Below, piece after piece: positions 40,201 through 54,057 of a stretch of DNA of 64,000 nucleotides. How positions within the stretch are numbered: position 1 is the stretch's first letter; the number at the start of each line of letters is the position of its first letter. The notes below the pieces were generated by a model. That model had not been told where the DNA came from. It was given only the letters and a program-made list of their open reading frames with translations, and ran no database searches. Source of the stretch: Octopus bimaculoides (Eukaryota). The stretch is taken from positions 141,923,126 to 141,987,125 of the forward strand of contig NC_068982.1 of the NCBI RefSeq assembly GCF_001194135.2. The letters run 5' to 3'. Made by a program: the position numbers and the translations under genes.

Positions 40201-43200
40201 TTGTTTCAATTGTTATTGTAGTTTTATCGTCATCGTCGTTGCCAATATTTATTAATGTTACTACTACTATTACTGCTGCCGCTGCCACTGTGTTTAGTGA
40301 TATTGCGACTCACCGTGTGATACCGTGCGTCAATTGCGATGGAAGTTTGGATTTTTGCCAGGTGCTACTGAAAAAGTCTTTTACTTTACTTTCAAAGTAT
40401 GGATTATTTCACAAACAAAGAACTGTACAACAGCATTGGGTCTGACACATTTTGCGGCAGACATCAAAGTCACTACTTGTGTGAAATTTTCTTTCTCCAT
40501 TCTTCTTGTCAATTTTGTAAACATATCTAGTCGGAAGAAAATGGACAAATATTCCTCCAAGGAATCATATGTAGAATACATTTATATTCATAAGACGACA
40601 AGAAAAAGAAGAGCTTAGAATAGTCAAATATTCAAATCGAGAAAAGAGGAAAAACATGAGCGAATCTTTATGAAGAAACATTAAAATTATCCAGAATATT
40701 TTGAAATATACGGAAACCTGTAACCACAACAAACAGCAAAATAGCAAAAATACGAATACACATATATCATAGATTGCCAACGAAAGCATAGAAATAATGA
40801 CGAAAACAGTAACGTTGCAGAAAATAACAACACTGAGAATATGTACACGAACATCTTCACACACATATATGCGTACACAATGACAAAGTAATGTGTTTCA
40901 TTTGCAGGACAGAGTCTGCCTTTTGCAAATGTGTGTCCGCCATTTGCAAAGGAATAGTCCAGATTGAATATTTTAATGAATGAACAACTGCCCCGCAAAA
41001 CTGCGCATTTGTCTGGTTCAATTCTTAGTTCAGATACGAGAAATTAAATAAGCAGTGTACTTGCTGTTGTGAACATATCAAGATCTTTGAATGTTCCCGA
41101 ATAAAGCTCTAAATCTTTGAATGAGAAGGAGAAAGTGTATGGTGCACAGTGCTTTAATTCTAGGTTGTAAAATTTGTGGAGTTCTCCTGTGCAGAAGGGG
41201 TACAACAATATTGTCGGCGCAGGAATACGAGATTTACCTTCAAGGTTATGGTTGACAAGATTGCCCGATGGTTGTTGATCATTTTTGTAACGCAATATGG
41301 GCGTGTGAACGCACGCGGCCAAGTGACTATGGTGTTGCACTCACGATCGTAATACCGATTCGCAAACAAGGAAACGCTTTGTTTTCCGAAACAAAACGAT
41401 TCATTTCATGTTCACCCACCAATAGCGTCCCGTTCAGCAGAGGGTGTTCTAAACACAGTCACAGATAATTTACGGAATCCGTGTTAAACTCCGGTGTTAT
41501 AATTATGTGACTTAAGTTCATTTTATAGAAGCAGGTGACCGGGTTGGCGAGATGTTTGCTTTCATGTGACTGGGTTATTGTTGTCGTGCAAAACCTCATG
41601 TCATATATCTATGGCAATTAAAGTCATTTTCTTACTCTGTACCCAGAAGACAGGGTAAAATAGTAACAGTAGCAGTAGCGGTCGAATACACAGGCTGTTG
41701 TTTTAAGGAAACAATACGTGCAACATTCTAAATAAGTGAAATGTTATTTGCATTTTCCTTTAAGGAGATGGCTGGAAAAAAGGCTATCTTCTATTAAGCA
41801 GAAATAGTTATGGCAAAACAGGACTCTAGACTAGCAAAACAACAAATAGGATATTCAGTCACTGATTACTTCTCTACAAGTGCAACGATAGTAACAGCTG
41901 CATCGAAACGTTAGCTCGCGTAACCCAATATGTAGCATTCATTTTTTTTTTATGCAACGTCTGAAGTAGGAGAGGGAATGGAAGGAGAGGTTACACGACT
42001 TGGTCTTAGAGGAGGGCAGAGAAAATCAGTTTCAAGGAAGTTACACCTACATTAATAGTATTTTCATGTCAAAGTTCACGACACTCCTACTAATATCGTA
42101 CATCCGTGACATGTAACTCTATTTCACTTCAAGATTTTTGCAGATGAATCTTATAAATTCTAACTCATTATAGCGATTTTCACAGAATGATGAATAATTC
42201 TCAATACACAGCTTCAGTATCCAAGCAGAATGGAAATATAAAAAGATGACGTATGTTGTTGGATTTAACTATCAATGATCATTACCGGTTACTTAGTGAC
42301 ACTAGCGTCAAAACATTTATGGTGGGTGATAATGAATTTAGTGTTGAAAGAAAATTTCCATCCCGGTGAAATGCTGCCGTTTCAATGGTCCACTTGGAGA
42401 AGGAGGTTCAAGAAGAACAAACCACTTTGTTAAGTATTGCACCGGGGTCTATATGTCTCTAAGACATCTTTGGAATGACGTATTAGTTATGAACGCATTT
42501 TAATTTTCAAAAGTCGAATTAGAACTTAAGACATATCATGACGGGGATATTGAATGAAAACAGATTTCTTTATTTACTTTGCACTCTACACAGACAATTA
42601 TCTCCTTTTGATCATTTACGTTTGGGTTGGAATAAAAACTCTTAAAGGACATTGCACGATATGACTATAAAGAATTTATTTGTTTTCTTTTCTTCACATA
42701 AGTTTCCTTGCAGTTTGTTTGATGGAGTTACTATATATTGCCCTGTTTGTCGAGCAATTTTTCTCAACAGTTATCGGTGATAAATCTTATGGCAAACAGC
42801 GTGCAGTTTCTGTTCATTTCAAAAAGCTGTACATAATAATAGCTTCCAATGGTAAAATATGGTTTTCAGATGTTTCAGGAGACGTGATATTAATATATAT
42901 GAAGACAGACATGCAGGTACACAATATACATATAACTAGACAAAAATACAGACTCTACGAAATGCACAAAGGCACACACATATGCACACAATCAAACATA
43001 CAGGTACACAATTTACATATAACCAGAGACAAATACAGACTCGATAAAATACACAAACACACACACACAGAGTTTTACACAATCAGGCATACAATCAAGG
43101 ATGTACGTTACCATTATATGACTTATTATTTTGTTAGCGTCTATTCCATCATAGTGAAGTTTGATAGATGTTTGGTCTTATATATAATTCTATTTCTTTA

Positions 43201-44599
43201 GCTAATGCAGTACTTAGATATTGACAGGCTTCGTAAATTGTATGCATAAGTAAATATAAGTAAATTCATATAAAACAAGCGTTTTACATTCTTCGACATC
43301 AATATATTACATAAACACGCGACAATGAGAAACGAACGCATACAGACTGTCGTTTCACCTGCACATTATAATTTATACTCCACTCTATCTCTTTATTTAT
43401 GATATATATATATATATATATANNNNNNNNNNNNNNNNNNNNNNNNNNNNNNNNNNNNNNNNNNNNNNNNNNNNNNNNNNNNNNNNNNNNNNNNNNNNNN
43501 NNNNNNNNNNNNNNNNNNNNNNNNNNNNNNNNNNNNNNNNNNNNNNNNNNNNNNNNNNNNNNNNNNNNNNNNNNNNNNNNNNNNNNNNNNNNNNNNNNNN
43601 NNNNNNNNNNNNNNNNNNNNNNNNNNNNNNNNNNNNNNNNNNNNNNNNNNNNNNNNNNNNNNNNNNNNNNNNNNNNNNNNNNNNNNNNNNNNNNNNNNNN
43701 NNNNNNNNNNNNNNNNNNNNNNNNNNNNNNNNNNNNNNNNNNNNNNNNNNNNNNNNNNNNNNNNNNNNNNNNNNNNNNNNNNNNNNNNNNNNNNNNNNNN
43801 NNNNNNNNNNNNNNNNNNNNNNNNNNNNNNNNNNNNNNNNNNNNNNNNNNNNNNNNNNNNNNNNNNNNNNNNNNNNNNNNNNNNNNNNNNNNNNNNNNNN
43901 NNNNNNNNNNNNNNNNNNNNNNNNNNNNNNNNNNNNNNNNNNNNNNNNNNNNNNNNNNNNNNNNNNNNNNNNNNNNNNNNNNNNNNNNNNNNNNNNNNNN
44001 NNNNNNNNNNNNNNNNNNNNNNNNNNNNNNNNNNNNNNNNNNNNNNNNNNNNNNNNNNNNNNNNNNNNNNNNNNNNNNNNNNNNNNNNNNNNNNNNNNNN
44101 NNNNNNNNNNNNNNNNNNNNNNNNNNNNNNNNNNNNNNNNNNNNNNNNNNNNNNNNNNNNNNNNNNNNNNNNNNNNNNNNNNNNNNNNNNNNNNNNNNNN
44201 NNNNNNNNNNNNNNNNNNNNNNNNNNNNNNNNNNNNNNNNNNNNNNNNNNNNNNNNNNNNNNNNNNNNNNNNNNNNNNNNNNNNNNNNNNNNNNNNNNNN
44301 NNNNNNNNNNNNNNNNNNAATAATATTTAAGATATATAGTGTTCTAATTTCTAGTTTTCGTACATGCAGAACGTACAAAATGAAGTGTGATTATCCTCTC
44401 TTCGGTGTTTTGAAGGGCAATATAGATGCATAAAATATCCGATAAAGATGTGTAATAACATACTGTTGGATATGCTGAGAAGCAATATATATTCAGTTTG
44501 TAGCAGAATAAATTGCAAGAAATGATATATCAGAACCGATGAATGATACGAACATTGTTTATCTCGTGTATGTTTGAAAGAGAGTTTATGTTTTTCATA

Positions 44600-44637
<38 letters not shown>

Positions 44638-45119
44638 CATACATAGGTATATACATACGTGTGTGTTTTTATGTGTCTGTGCTTGTGTGCATGTGTATGT
44701 GTGTGGGAGCGTGTGTATGTCTGTATGCATGTATTTCTGTATGCATATACGTATGTATGATATGAATATGTATAGATATTTCTAAATGAATGTATGTATC
44801 CTTATATATATATATATATATATNNNNNNNNNNNNNNNNNNNNNNNNNNNNNNNNNNNNNNNNNNNNNNNNNNNNNNNNNNNNNNNNNNNNNNNNNNNNN
44901 NNNNNNNNNNNNNNNNNNNNNNNNNNNNNNNNNNNNNNNNNNNNNNNNNNNNNNNNNNNNNNNNNNNNNNNNNNNNNNNNNNNNNNNNNNNNNNNNNNNN
45001 NNNNNNNNNNNNNNNNNNNNNNNNNNNNNNNNNNNNNNNNNNNNNNNNNNNNNNNNNNNNNNNNNNNNNNNNNNNNNNNNNNNNNNNNNNNNNNNNNNNN
45101 NNNNNNNNNNNNNNNNNNN

Positions 45120-45625
45120 AGCACTGGGGTCGATGTAATCGACTTAATCCCCTTGTCTGTCCTTGTTTGTCCCCTCTATATTTAGCCCCTTGTGGGTAAT
45201 AAAGAAATAAGAAATTATTAAAAAAAGAAAAAAAAGAAGGCGGCGAGCTGGCAGAATCGTTAGCACGCCGGGCGAAATGCTTAGCGGTATTTCGTCTGCC
45301 GTTACGTTCTGAGTTCAAATTCCGCCGAGGTCGACTTTGCCTTTCATCCTTTCGGGGTCGATAAATTAAGTACCAGTTACGCACTGGGGTCGATGTAATC
45401 GACTTAATCCGTTCGTCTGTTCTTGTTTGTTCCCTCTATGTTTAGCCCCTTGTGGGCAATAACGAAATAGGTATTTATGTTCTCAGTTCAAATTCCGCCG
45501 AGGTCGACTTTCCTTTTCAGCCTTTCGGGGTCGATACATTAAGTAGCAGTTGCGTACTGGGGTCGATCTAATCGTCTGGTCCCCTCCCCACAAATTTCGT
45601 GCCTTGTGACTAGAGTAGAAAATGA
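45120..45625 (+). mobile_element. Cluster of three family A SINE pieces, including a near-consensus full copy (45239-45475)
   Basis: GGCGGCGAGCTGGCAGAATCGTTAGCACGCCGGGCGAAATGCTTAGCGG...GAGTTCAAATTCCGCCGAGGTCGACTTTGCCTTTCATCCTTTCGGGGTCGATAAATTAAGTACCAG, with partial copies before and after. Confidence 0.95.
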
Positions 45626-46299
45626 TATTATATTCACATATAAATAGTGACATACATATATATAGATATACACGGGTATATATATATATATTCACAAATA
45701 TCTTGCGTAGATCATTAATTTCAGAAATTTCGTTTTGGCTTAATCCACAGATAACAAGATCTTTAATCGACGATTCTTTACCTGAATATGGATTTAAAGG
45801 TAAACCATATAATACCTTAATAACATATATTTTTTCATTATTGTAGATGAATGCACATGGCAGATTTAGGTGTATTTGTTCTTTACAGATCAGCGATAAA
45901 CAAATTTCTTTTATGTTTCTGAAATTTTCGCATGCAAACAGATAAGCAGACTTTAAAATTTTATATATATGTTCCTCGCAATGAAAGGAAAATGCAACAC
46001 ATCTATTTGCTATTTTATGTCAGCAACGTCACACGTACATTTACGTAGTTAAAAATACTCAGACATTACAATGCAAGAAAACAACTAGTTGGAGTCTAGA
46101 CAATGCAAGGCAAAATGGCTATGATTTAATTTTTACATTGCTTTTCACCCAATATGAAAATTATTGTGTAAATATGATCGTTCCTGTGTTTTATGACGTT
46201 TCTGAATGTATGAAAATATGTATCAGATATACTTTCGTCTAAACAAATGACAGGATAAAGATTGTATGAAAGGTTAAAGACTATCCATTTCTAGGCCAA

Positions 46300-46660
46300 C
46301 TCATTGAAAGTGAAATAAGTAACGCATACTATCAGCAAAAAGGAGCTACAGCACATACTTCACGGATCTCCATGGCGCTACTTCAAGAGGTTTTTGGTGA
46401 TCAGATTTATCTCGAGGGAACCTTCGCCACCATGATTACTTGATTTTACACCGCCAAACTTTTTTCTAGGGAGCAAGTAAAGGATCAGTGTACAAGAATC
46501 GACCGAAACCATTAATGAGCTAAAAGACACAATCAAAACCTTCACACGTTCCATACCGCATCAGACTCTCCAAGATATATTTCAAACCATGTGGACAAGA
46601 GTCAACTTATGTATTGAAAATAAAGGACGATACTTTCAACACCCCTTATAAAGTTATTTT
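46300..46660 (+). mobile_element. Tc1/mariner-superfamily transposase C-terminal remnant
   Basis: Reads YYQQKGATAHTSRISMALLQEVFGD...DFTPPNFFL...ETINELKDTIKTFTRSIPHQTLQDIFQTMWTRVNLCIENKGRYFQH, resembling FQQDGATAHT...PDLTP.DFFLWG. Confidence 0.8.
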
Positions 46661-47439
46661 AAAGTCTTCTAAATGTTAATATATTCTTTTGTAGTCTTAT
46701 ACCTTCTTATAAATATTTATTTTGCAATAAAATACTTACTGCGGAGAGACCTTTTGAACACCCCATATATTGCTATACAAACCGAAAAAGACTTAACTGT
46801 TACTCAGCGTTTCACACCATCGTTCATGAGACTACGACTAATTAATCTGTATTTTCACTCCTGATTTAGGAACAATCATCTGAAAATCTGGGTAGCAGTC
46901 AAGGAAGTTTTTTCGGTTTTAATAAAGAGATATTTGACACTGATTTTCGTATTCAAATTTGTATTTTCCGCCTTTATACTCAATATTGTCTTAGGATTGC
47001 TACTACCTACTACCTGCTACGAAGCCTTCAAAAGAGTAAAAGAGAAAGACAAACAGACAGAAAAAATGAAAATGTCACTTGCATTTGAAAACTATAGAAA
47101 TATTTTCAAAAACCATTTTATTTAATTTTTCCACAATTTAATTGTTTTCCATGCTTTATTCTAAGTTAAAAAAGTCGCAAAGACTTAAACCGGTACTAAA
47201 ATATTCTTCATGATAAAATTATTTTTGCCTTTTCTACTTGTCTTATTTTCCTTATAATCGTGTGTTCCTTTTCACACTAGTACACATACACACACACACA
47301 CACACACATACACACACACACACACATACACGTATATATATATATATATATATAACTGTTAAAGAGGACAACAAATGATAAGGTAGCACAAACATCTGAA
47401 GTCATGAGATGTTTGACTTGCGGTGCTCCCGACCAATTA

Positions 47440-47525
47440 AACAGTTTAGCTTAATTGGTCGAGATCACAGCGACGAGTAATCACGAGGTGTGAGTTCGAG
47501 TTTCATGGCTGGCCGCCTACACTTT
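47440..47525 (+). mobile_element. tRNA-like remnant (pseudo-tRNA or SINE head)
   Basis: A-box-like TAGCTTAATTGGTC and B-box-like GAGTTCGAGTTTC at tRNA spacing; the cloverleaf is imperfect. Confidence 0.4.
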
Positions 47526-47700
47526 TTGGTGCAAAATAGGGGTTGTTTATTCTGTTCAGGCTATATTATTAGCATTATCCTGCTTGTGAGAATTTAAAAT
47601 CACTTCTTTAAATTTCTAAGACATCTCGGCGCTTGTAAAAGCAAACTTCGTTTGTTTGTTTCCGTACATCGTAATTTGAATTTATATATATATATATAAA

Positions 47701-47740
47701 TTCCTTTACGTTTCAAGCCTACGCTCTTCGACAGAAAAGA
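47701..47740 (-). ncRNA. Variant minimal type I hammerhead motif (CUGUCGA core)
   Basis: Minus strand reads UCUUUU-CUGUCGA-A-GAGC-GUAG-GCUU-GAAA-CG-UA-AAGGAA. Confidence 0.55.
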
Positions 47741-48790
47741 ATAAGAAGCAATAGAGAAAGAATGAAAAAGAAAACGCATTGAGTTCAGTAGTGGAACATG
47801 GCGAAGGATTGCAAAAAAAAGTCGTTGAATGAAAGGGAGATAAGTATACAGAGAGTTTCAATTAAGGGGAGATCCCGACAAAAGGAAGTTCGCAAGCATG
47901 TATGTATGGTGTGTGAGTGTGTAAGTGTGTATGTGAGAATGGGGCGATTTTGACGCGTGTATGTGTGTGCGTTTGTGTGTGTGAGTGAGTGTGTTGTGTG
48001 TAGAAGTTGATGCGTACCTTATCACATGGTGTGTGTATGTGTCACTATAACCAAATGGTGTGCATGTGTATAGTGTATGTATGTGGGCGAAAGTTATCTT
48101 TGACTATCTGTGTTGTGTGTGTGTGTGTATGAGTTTTTGCGTATTCATGAATGTGTGTATGTATCGTCTGTGTTTATGTATTATGTGCTTCCCTGGGTGT
48201 GGGAGTGTGGATGACGATGTGTGGTGTGTATACTGAGTTAAACAGTATGTGTGGCTCATCATATAGTAGTATGTGTGGTGACGTTATTCACAGTTCTGTG
48301 TGTGTAGATGATGGTGTGTTATGTGCGTGCTCAGAAATGTGTGTGGAGTGGGAAGGTGGTGTGTGTGTGTGTGTCTAATAGCGTGTAAAATGAATGATGA
48401 GTTAAACAGTGTGTATGGGTGTGTGTATAGTGGTGTGTGGATGTGGGTAGCAAGGTGGGAGGTATGCATGTGTGTAGGTGGAGGATGTGGGAGGTGAATG
48501 GGAATCCGTGTGAGATTGGTGTCAAATGAAGAGAGGAGATAGGGTTGGTGTCAAATGAAGAGCGGAGGAGAGTTGAGCCCATTTGGGGCAAAGGAACTAA
48601 ACCAGAAGATTAATTCATGATCACGGCGAAGCTGAGAGTCCGAGTGGCCCCTGTGCAGAGACTGTACTGACTCAGATGGATGTTGTAACGAACGACTGGT
48701 AGTGCGGAAAATAGTACGGGACAGGGGTATCATTGCCGAGTCTGATGTCCCGGAGGTGCTACACGAACCGTCAGCCAAGCGGCGTCCCGT
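47701..48790 (-). mobile_element. Penelope-like element 3' fragment
   Basis: ORF 48551-48778 ends SLHRGHSDSQLRRDHELIFWFSSFAPNGLN, matching the PLE GIY-YIG C-terminal motif E..LIF.LG...P.GLN. It is followed by a CA-rich degenerate tract and the hammerhead-bearing repeat. Confidence 0.75.
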
Positions 48791-49173
48791 GTAATCAATG
48801 TAGAGGGAAGGATGTGCAATTATAGTAAGATCTCAAAGCAGTTGCAAACTGAATTTATTTTTCTGAATATATACATACTGTTTTCCACAAAATCTGTTGA
48901 TCGGTTCATTTCGCGTAATTGCTCAGAGAATTATTCTTTCTCTCCTGTAATTCTCTTAAGCTTGGTGGTAATTTTCTCGGACGCTATGTTGTATTAGTAG
49001 GCAACCTGTTTTAATAGTCCAAAGATCTTCATTATGATTAAATCATACTTTCGACGAACATCTGTAGATATATTTGCAAATTTCACAGAAATATTCGAAT
49101 TGAATTTTAAGTATAAGCATGATATATATATATAAGTGTGTGTGTGTGTTTGTGTGTATGTATACGTACATAA

Positions 49174-49210
<37 letters not shown>

Positions 49211-49729
49211 GACGCACATACATATGTATATACAAATAGTTTGTAGGAATTTCATAAGACATTTTTCTTGTAGTGTAGATCTATTTATTACATATCCTTT
49301 CTAAATCTAAAATCATGCATTCTTAAAATGAATTTACTGTTCTAAGTTCTGAATTATTGCATCTACAGACGTCGATGGTAATCCTTTCAACTATTATATC
49401 CGCAGGATATAATAGTTTTATTGATACTAATTTCGTTTTATATGTTGAGTCACACGTTATCTGAAGTCATCCAGTTTCATCTTTACTGATGGAACTTATA
49501 TTTCTATTATTATTCTGTTTGTTCCTTTACTTATAGGCTTTCTTCTTCCTTCATATGTAACTACAAATGTTGCATAAGCAATATATCTGTAAATGACAAT
49601 TTCATAATAGTCAGTCAAATGATACTTCTCTCCAGTTTGCTTTTGTTCAATGCAAGGAATATATTACTTTGATACCCACCCTTGTGTGGCAATAATCTAA
49701 AGCGGTCATCTATTGTTCAATATAATTAA

Positions 49730-49960
49730 TATGGATAATGCGGCGAGCTGGCAGGCTCATCAGCACGTTGAGAAAAATGCTTAGTGGCCTTTCGTCTGTC
49801 TTTACATTCTGATATCACATTAACGCATACGAAGACATTGTATTTTATCCTTTTGGCTTCGATAAAGTATATGCCAGTCAAACACTGGATTTGATTCAAT
49901 AGAGTAGTCTTCTCGTCTAAAATTTTGGGCCTTCTGGTGCCTGTAGTAGAAAGGAATATC
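49730..49960 (+). mobile_element. Family A SINE
   Basis: TGCGGCGAGCTGGCAGGCTCATCAGCACG ... TGCCTGTAGTAGAAAGGAATATCATT. Confidence 0.8.
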
Positions 49961-51194
49961 ATTAATATGAATATATTGACTGTGCTCGTCAAAACGTCTA
50001 TGCTTGTTTTTGTTTTCTGATTTCTTTTGTGTGTGATACGGTTAGATACAATTACACATTAATTTATACTCTAAATATTTTCATGGGTGAAGCCATATTC
50101 TGTCAGCAAAAATGTCGCGTTCAAAATAGAAGGCTCAGGACGAGTTCTCAGGCGTGACAGTTTGGCGAGTGATTTTATCTGTGGAAGATCAGAGCTTTGA
50201 CATCGACAGTTCTTTAAAGGAGATCACCTGAACTACACTGCAAAACACTACAGATGCATATGGGTAGATTTTTAATCCCGAACTCGTTTGATATCCTTTA
50301 ACTTTGAAACCTACAGGGTGTTGTAGGTTGCTACAACAATCTTAAATTGGCCTCCACCTAAAATTAAACTTATCAACAGCTATAGTTGGATATAGATATA
50401 AACACATACATATACACATATAACTGCATATGTACATATCAGTGTGTATGGATACATGTATACGTGTGTATCTGTAGGAGAGAATGTATGAGTATGTGTA
50501 TGTATATATATATATATATAGACACGCACATATACGTGAATACATACACACACGCACGCATATATATATATAAACACACATAAATACATGCATACGTATG
50601 TATGTACGTATGTGCATACAAAAATACAACTAAATGCCTAAGAATACATACATAAAGCAAAGCATACAAATCTCCACATATACATACATATATACAAACA
50701 AAAATACCCTGTTGTTGATGTTGAAATTCAGATGAAGGAGTTTTGGATCTAGGTTGGACAGTGACTCTTTCTCTATCTTGAAATAAAATCATACATACAT
50801 GCATGCAGACATCCATCTATGCATACATATAAAAATCCCGTCTACTAATATGTTATCAACATGCTGTGGTTTCGAAGTATTCGGTTTATGGTATGGTACG
50901 ACGTTCGAAAAAATTTATTCACCTGCATAGAAATCTCATTACCCGGCTTCAATAACTGAATCACCATGTTTTTATCAAAACGTAGAGCATAACTGAAAGA
51001 CTTATCAACGACTACATAGAAACTAAACATTAAACGAGATAATGTATCAAAAACTTATATAAAATAGCGAGGAAAAAAATTAAAACTTACTTTACAGAGA
51101 TTGAAGAAAATAGATCTTACTGTTGGAAGATTAACAAGATAACGTTTCTGAAGAGGGATTAAAACCACATATATACAAAAACACATACATGAAG

Positions 51195-51232
51195 AAAGAT
51201 AAGTAGACAGAGAGACAGACAGATAGATAGAC

Positions 51233-51287
<55 letters not shown>

Positions 51288-51303
51288 GACAGACAGACAG
51301 GTG

Positions 51304-51356
<53 letters not shown>
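51195..51356. repeat. (GATA)n/(GACA)n microsatellite
   Basis: Read directly from the sequence. Confidence 0.95.
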
Positions 51357-51357
<1 letters not shown>

Positions 51358-52081
51358 AGCATAACACATAAAAAAATTGTTTTTTAGTTTCTTTTTGAAT
51401 TAAGCCGTGCAATAAATCTTTCGCATCTGAAATATTCAAAATACATTTATAACCTATATTGTATGTAGCAGCTAGCATAATTCCGGATAAAACCAAATAT
51501 ATTAGATAAAGAACGTAACAGAGAATAAAGAGAAAAAAATAACGCATATAATATATGAAACATAAGAGAATAAAACATTAACGAAGCAGACAGAAATTAT
51601 CACTATTAACAGAAATACAATATTAGCATAACCAAATAAACAAGTTCGATGATATAATGACATATAATAAACATAGAGTAATGAATAAATCAAAAGTGCA
51701 GGAAATTAAGTAAACATCACCAAAACGGATCAGACGAATCATAGATAAATAACGAACGCAGAGTAAAATGTTTACTGAAAGTAGACAGATATCCTGCTAG
51801 GTGGTAAATCGTAGAAAAATATAGAAATACACCAGATTTCGAATATGAGAAATAACGGATTATATAAGGTGAAATATGCTACGAGAGAAAGAACATTAAA
51901 AAGGGGTATTTTCCCACCAGATACCCGGAAACAAAGAGAAGTATTATTTCAGAACAAAGGATAACAGAAACATATTGTGTGAGAAATCGCGGTTATACAA
52001 TAGAAGTATGAAGCTGATCGATGCGGCAAAACAATAAGATGACATGAAAAAATACGTTGCTCTGACTTCTATCTTTTCTCT

Positions 52082-52275
52082 TTTCTCTGTTACTTTTTAC
52101 CGTGATTGGACCTCAACCACGCTGAAGACCCAACCCCCTATTAAAGGGTTTAGTCAAGTAAATCGTCCCCGCTATTTTCTAAATTTGCTATTTATTCTAT
52201 CGCTATCATGCCGAATACTTTAGGGAACATAAACAAAGTCACACCGATTTTCAAGCGGTGATCGGGACAAACACG
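52082..52275 (-). mobile_element. Family C SINE 3' part (diverged)
   Basis: The reverse complement resembles 62000-62205 (GTGTTTGTC...CCGCTTGA.AA.CGGTGT...GATAGAATAA...GACTAAA). Confidence 0.55.
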
Positions 52276-52339
52276 TCAGGACACGCACAGAAACATATAT
52301 ATGTTTGTGTGTGTATTTGTATGTATATGTGCGTACGTA

Positions 52340-52596
52340 TGTATACGGGTTTCTTTCAGTTTCTTATTTCTTTACTGCCCACATGGGGCTACACAAAGAG
52401 GGGACAAACAAGGACAGACAATCGGATTAAGTCGATTATATCGATCCCAGTGCGTAATTGGTACTTATTTAATCGACCCCGAAAGGATGAAAGGCAAAGT
52501 TGACCTCGGCGGAATTTGAACTCAAAACGTAGCGGTAGACGAAATATCGCTAAGCATTTCGCCCGGCATGCTATCGTTTCTGCCAGCTCGCAGCCT
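52340..52596 (-). mobile_element. Full-length family A SINE
   Basis: Reverse complement of the 45239-45475 type copy, including its tail. Confidence 0.92.
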
Positions 52597-54057
52597 TCTT
52601 TCAGTTTCTATCTATCAAATTCACTCTGCATTATTAGAAGACCCTTGTCCAAGGTGTCACGCTGCATGGCTGAATCCGAAACCAAGTGGTTGCTCCGCAA
52701 GTTTCTTAACCCCATAGACTGTCTTAAATTATTTACCATTCACAATTTCAGTATTAGAATTTCCACGTGTGTTTAAAAAGTCGAAGCTCACTAGGTAGAA
52801 CGGATAATAAAATAGATACTTTTGAAAACACTAAAGGTTTATTTCCATATTCCTTTTAACCTTTCGGTTTAAGAGCCAGCATTATTGTTTTGCAAATGTA
52901 ATTGTCTCGCAAGTGATTTGATGTGAGACTGTGTTTTGACACTGAAGCAATTACGTATTGAACCAGCCAACTAAAAACAACCCAATTATTAAACTTATTT
53001 TTGAATTAGTTATAGTTGAACTGTTGTAATGACGAGTTCGCTGTGGTTCGATGAAAATTTTGGCACCTGAAGGAATAAATAAACAGAACATTTTACATTG
53101 ATTTGCGTTTTTGTTGAGGTTGTTTTGATATTGTTGATGTTTAGACAAAGCCAACCATGGCCGGGCAGTTCCATGATCAAAGTCTTTTCAGTCGTAGTCA
53201 TCATAGTCCAGATTAAGAATACATTGTTTAATGTGTCCATTCTTCGCATTTTGGAAAACGAGGCAAGGATTTGGTTAAAAGTTCAGTCCAGTTCTCTATT
53301 TATTTATAACAGAATTCAGAACAGAATGGGTGATTATTGTAGTTTAGTCATTCTGTGCCCTGACTCAGAAGACGTACAGTCGAATCAAACCAAATTTCAC
53401 CGTTGCATCCTCTCTCCATATACATGGAACTGAAGACCACGTTATTTAACACAAACGTTTCTGATAATTGTTTCAACTTTTTGGTAGTGAAAGCCTATCT
53501 TCATTTAGGTCAACGCTAAATGCCAGAAGACTTATATTCATATATATTCCAATCGTCACCAATTCGGAGTATGTACCGTTACATAAACTATGTTCTTTCT
53601 TTGCTGTTTTTCCAGGGAAATTTTACTTTTATTTCTATGAGTTAGAATTACAGCATTATGTTTATTCATCTTGGCCTCTTGAGAGATTCATGAAATTTAT
53701 ATAAAGAGAAGATTTAGTGGAATGTCCGGCGGAAGTACATATACAGCCTTTATGCAGGCGCATGTCTTGATTGACATTGAAGGGTTCTTCTTCTACTTGA
53801 AGCAGATGTAAATGAGTTCTGTTGCACAATGATACGCTAAATATCTCTATTTCACTTCAGCTTTCATAGAACCTGAGTTGGGTGTTTCCCTGCCATTAAC
53901 AGCAAAATAGTTTAGTGGTCTTATTCCTCTGTTAGAGTACATTAGTTCATCACCAGATTAACGCTAAAAATATTTTCCTCCCTTGAGCAATATTTGTAGA
54001 GATAGGTGAAGTATAGTAAAATGTACCCATAAACTTCTCTTTTATTTATTTACATTA

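Noticed and set aside
45120-45625. Repeated units that might be read as a CRISPR array or tRNA genes
   Set aside because: They are tandem SINE copies in a eukaryotic genome; the heads lack a full cloverleaf and there are no unique spacers or cas genes.
50306-50329. GAAAC-CTACA-loop-TGTAG-GTT resembling hammerhead helix III
   Set aside because: No CUGANGA core and no stem I or II partner upstream.
50700-50810. AGATGAAGGAG...TAGGTTGGAC segment in CATA-rich flanks, a possible decayed hammerhead
   Set aside because: Both the core and GAAA are missing, so it is too degenerate to support.
52950-53750. Minus-strand stretch with RT-like wording (TLNNVFLIWT)
   Set aside because: No convincing YxDD motif or other RT blocks in any frame.
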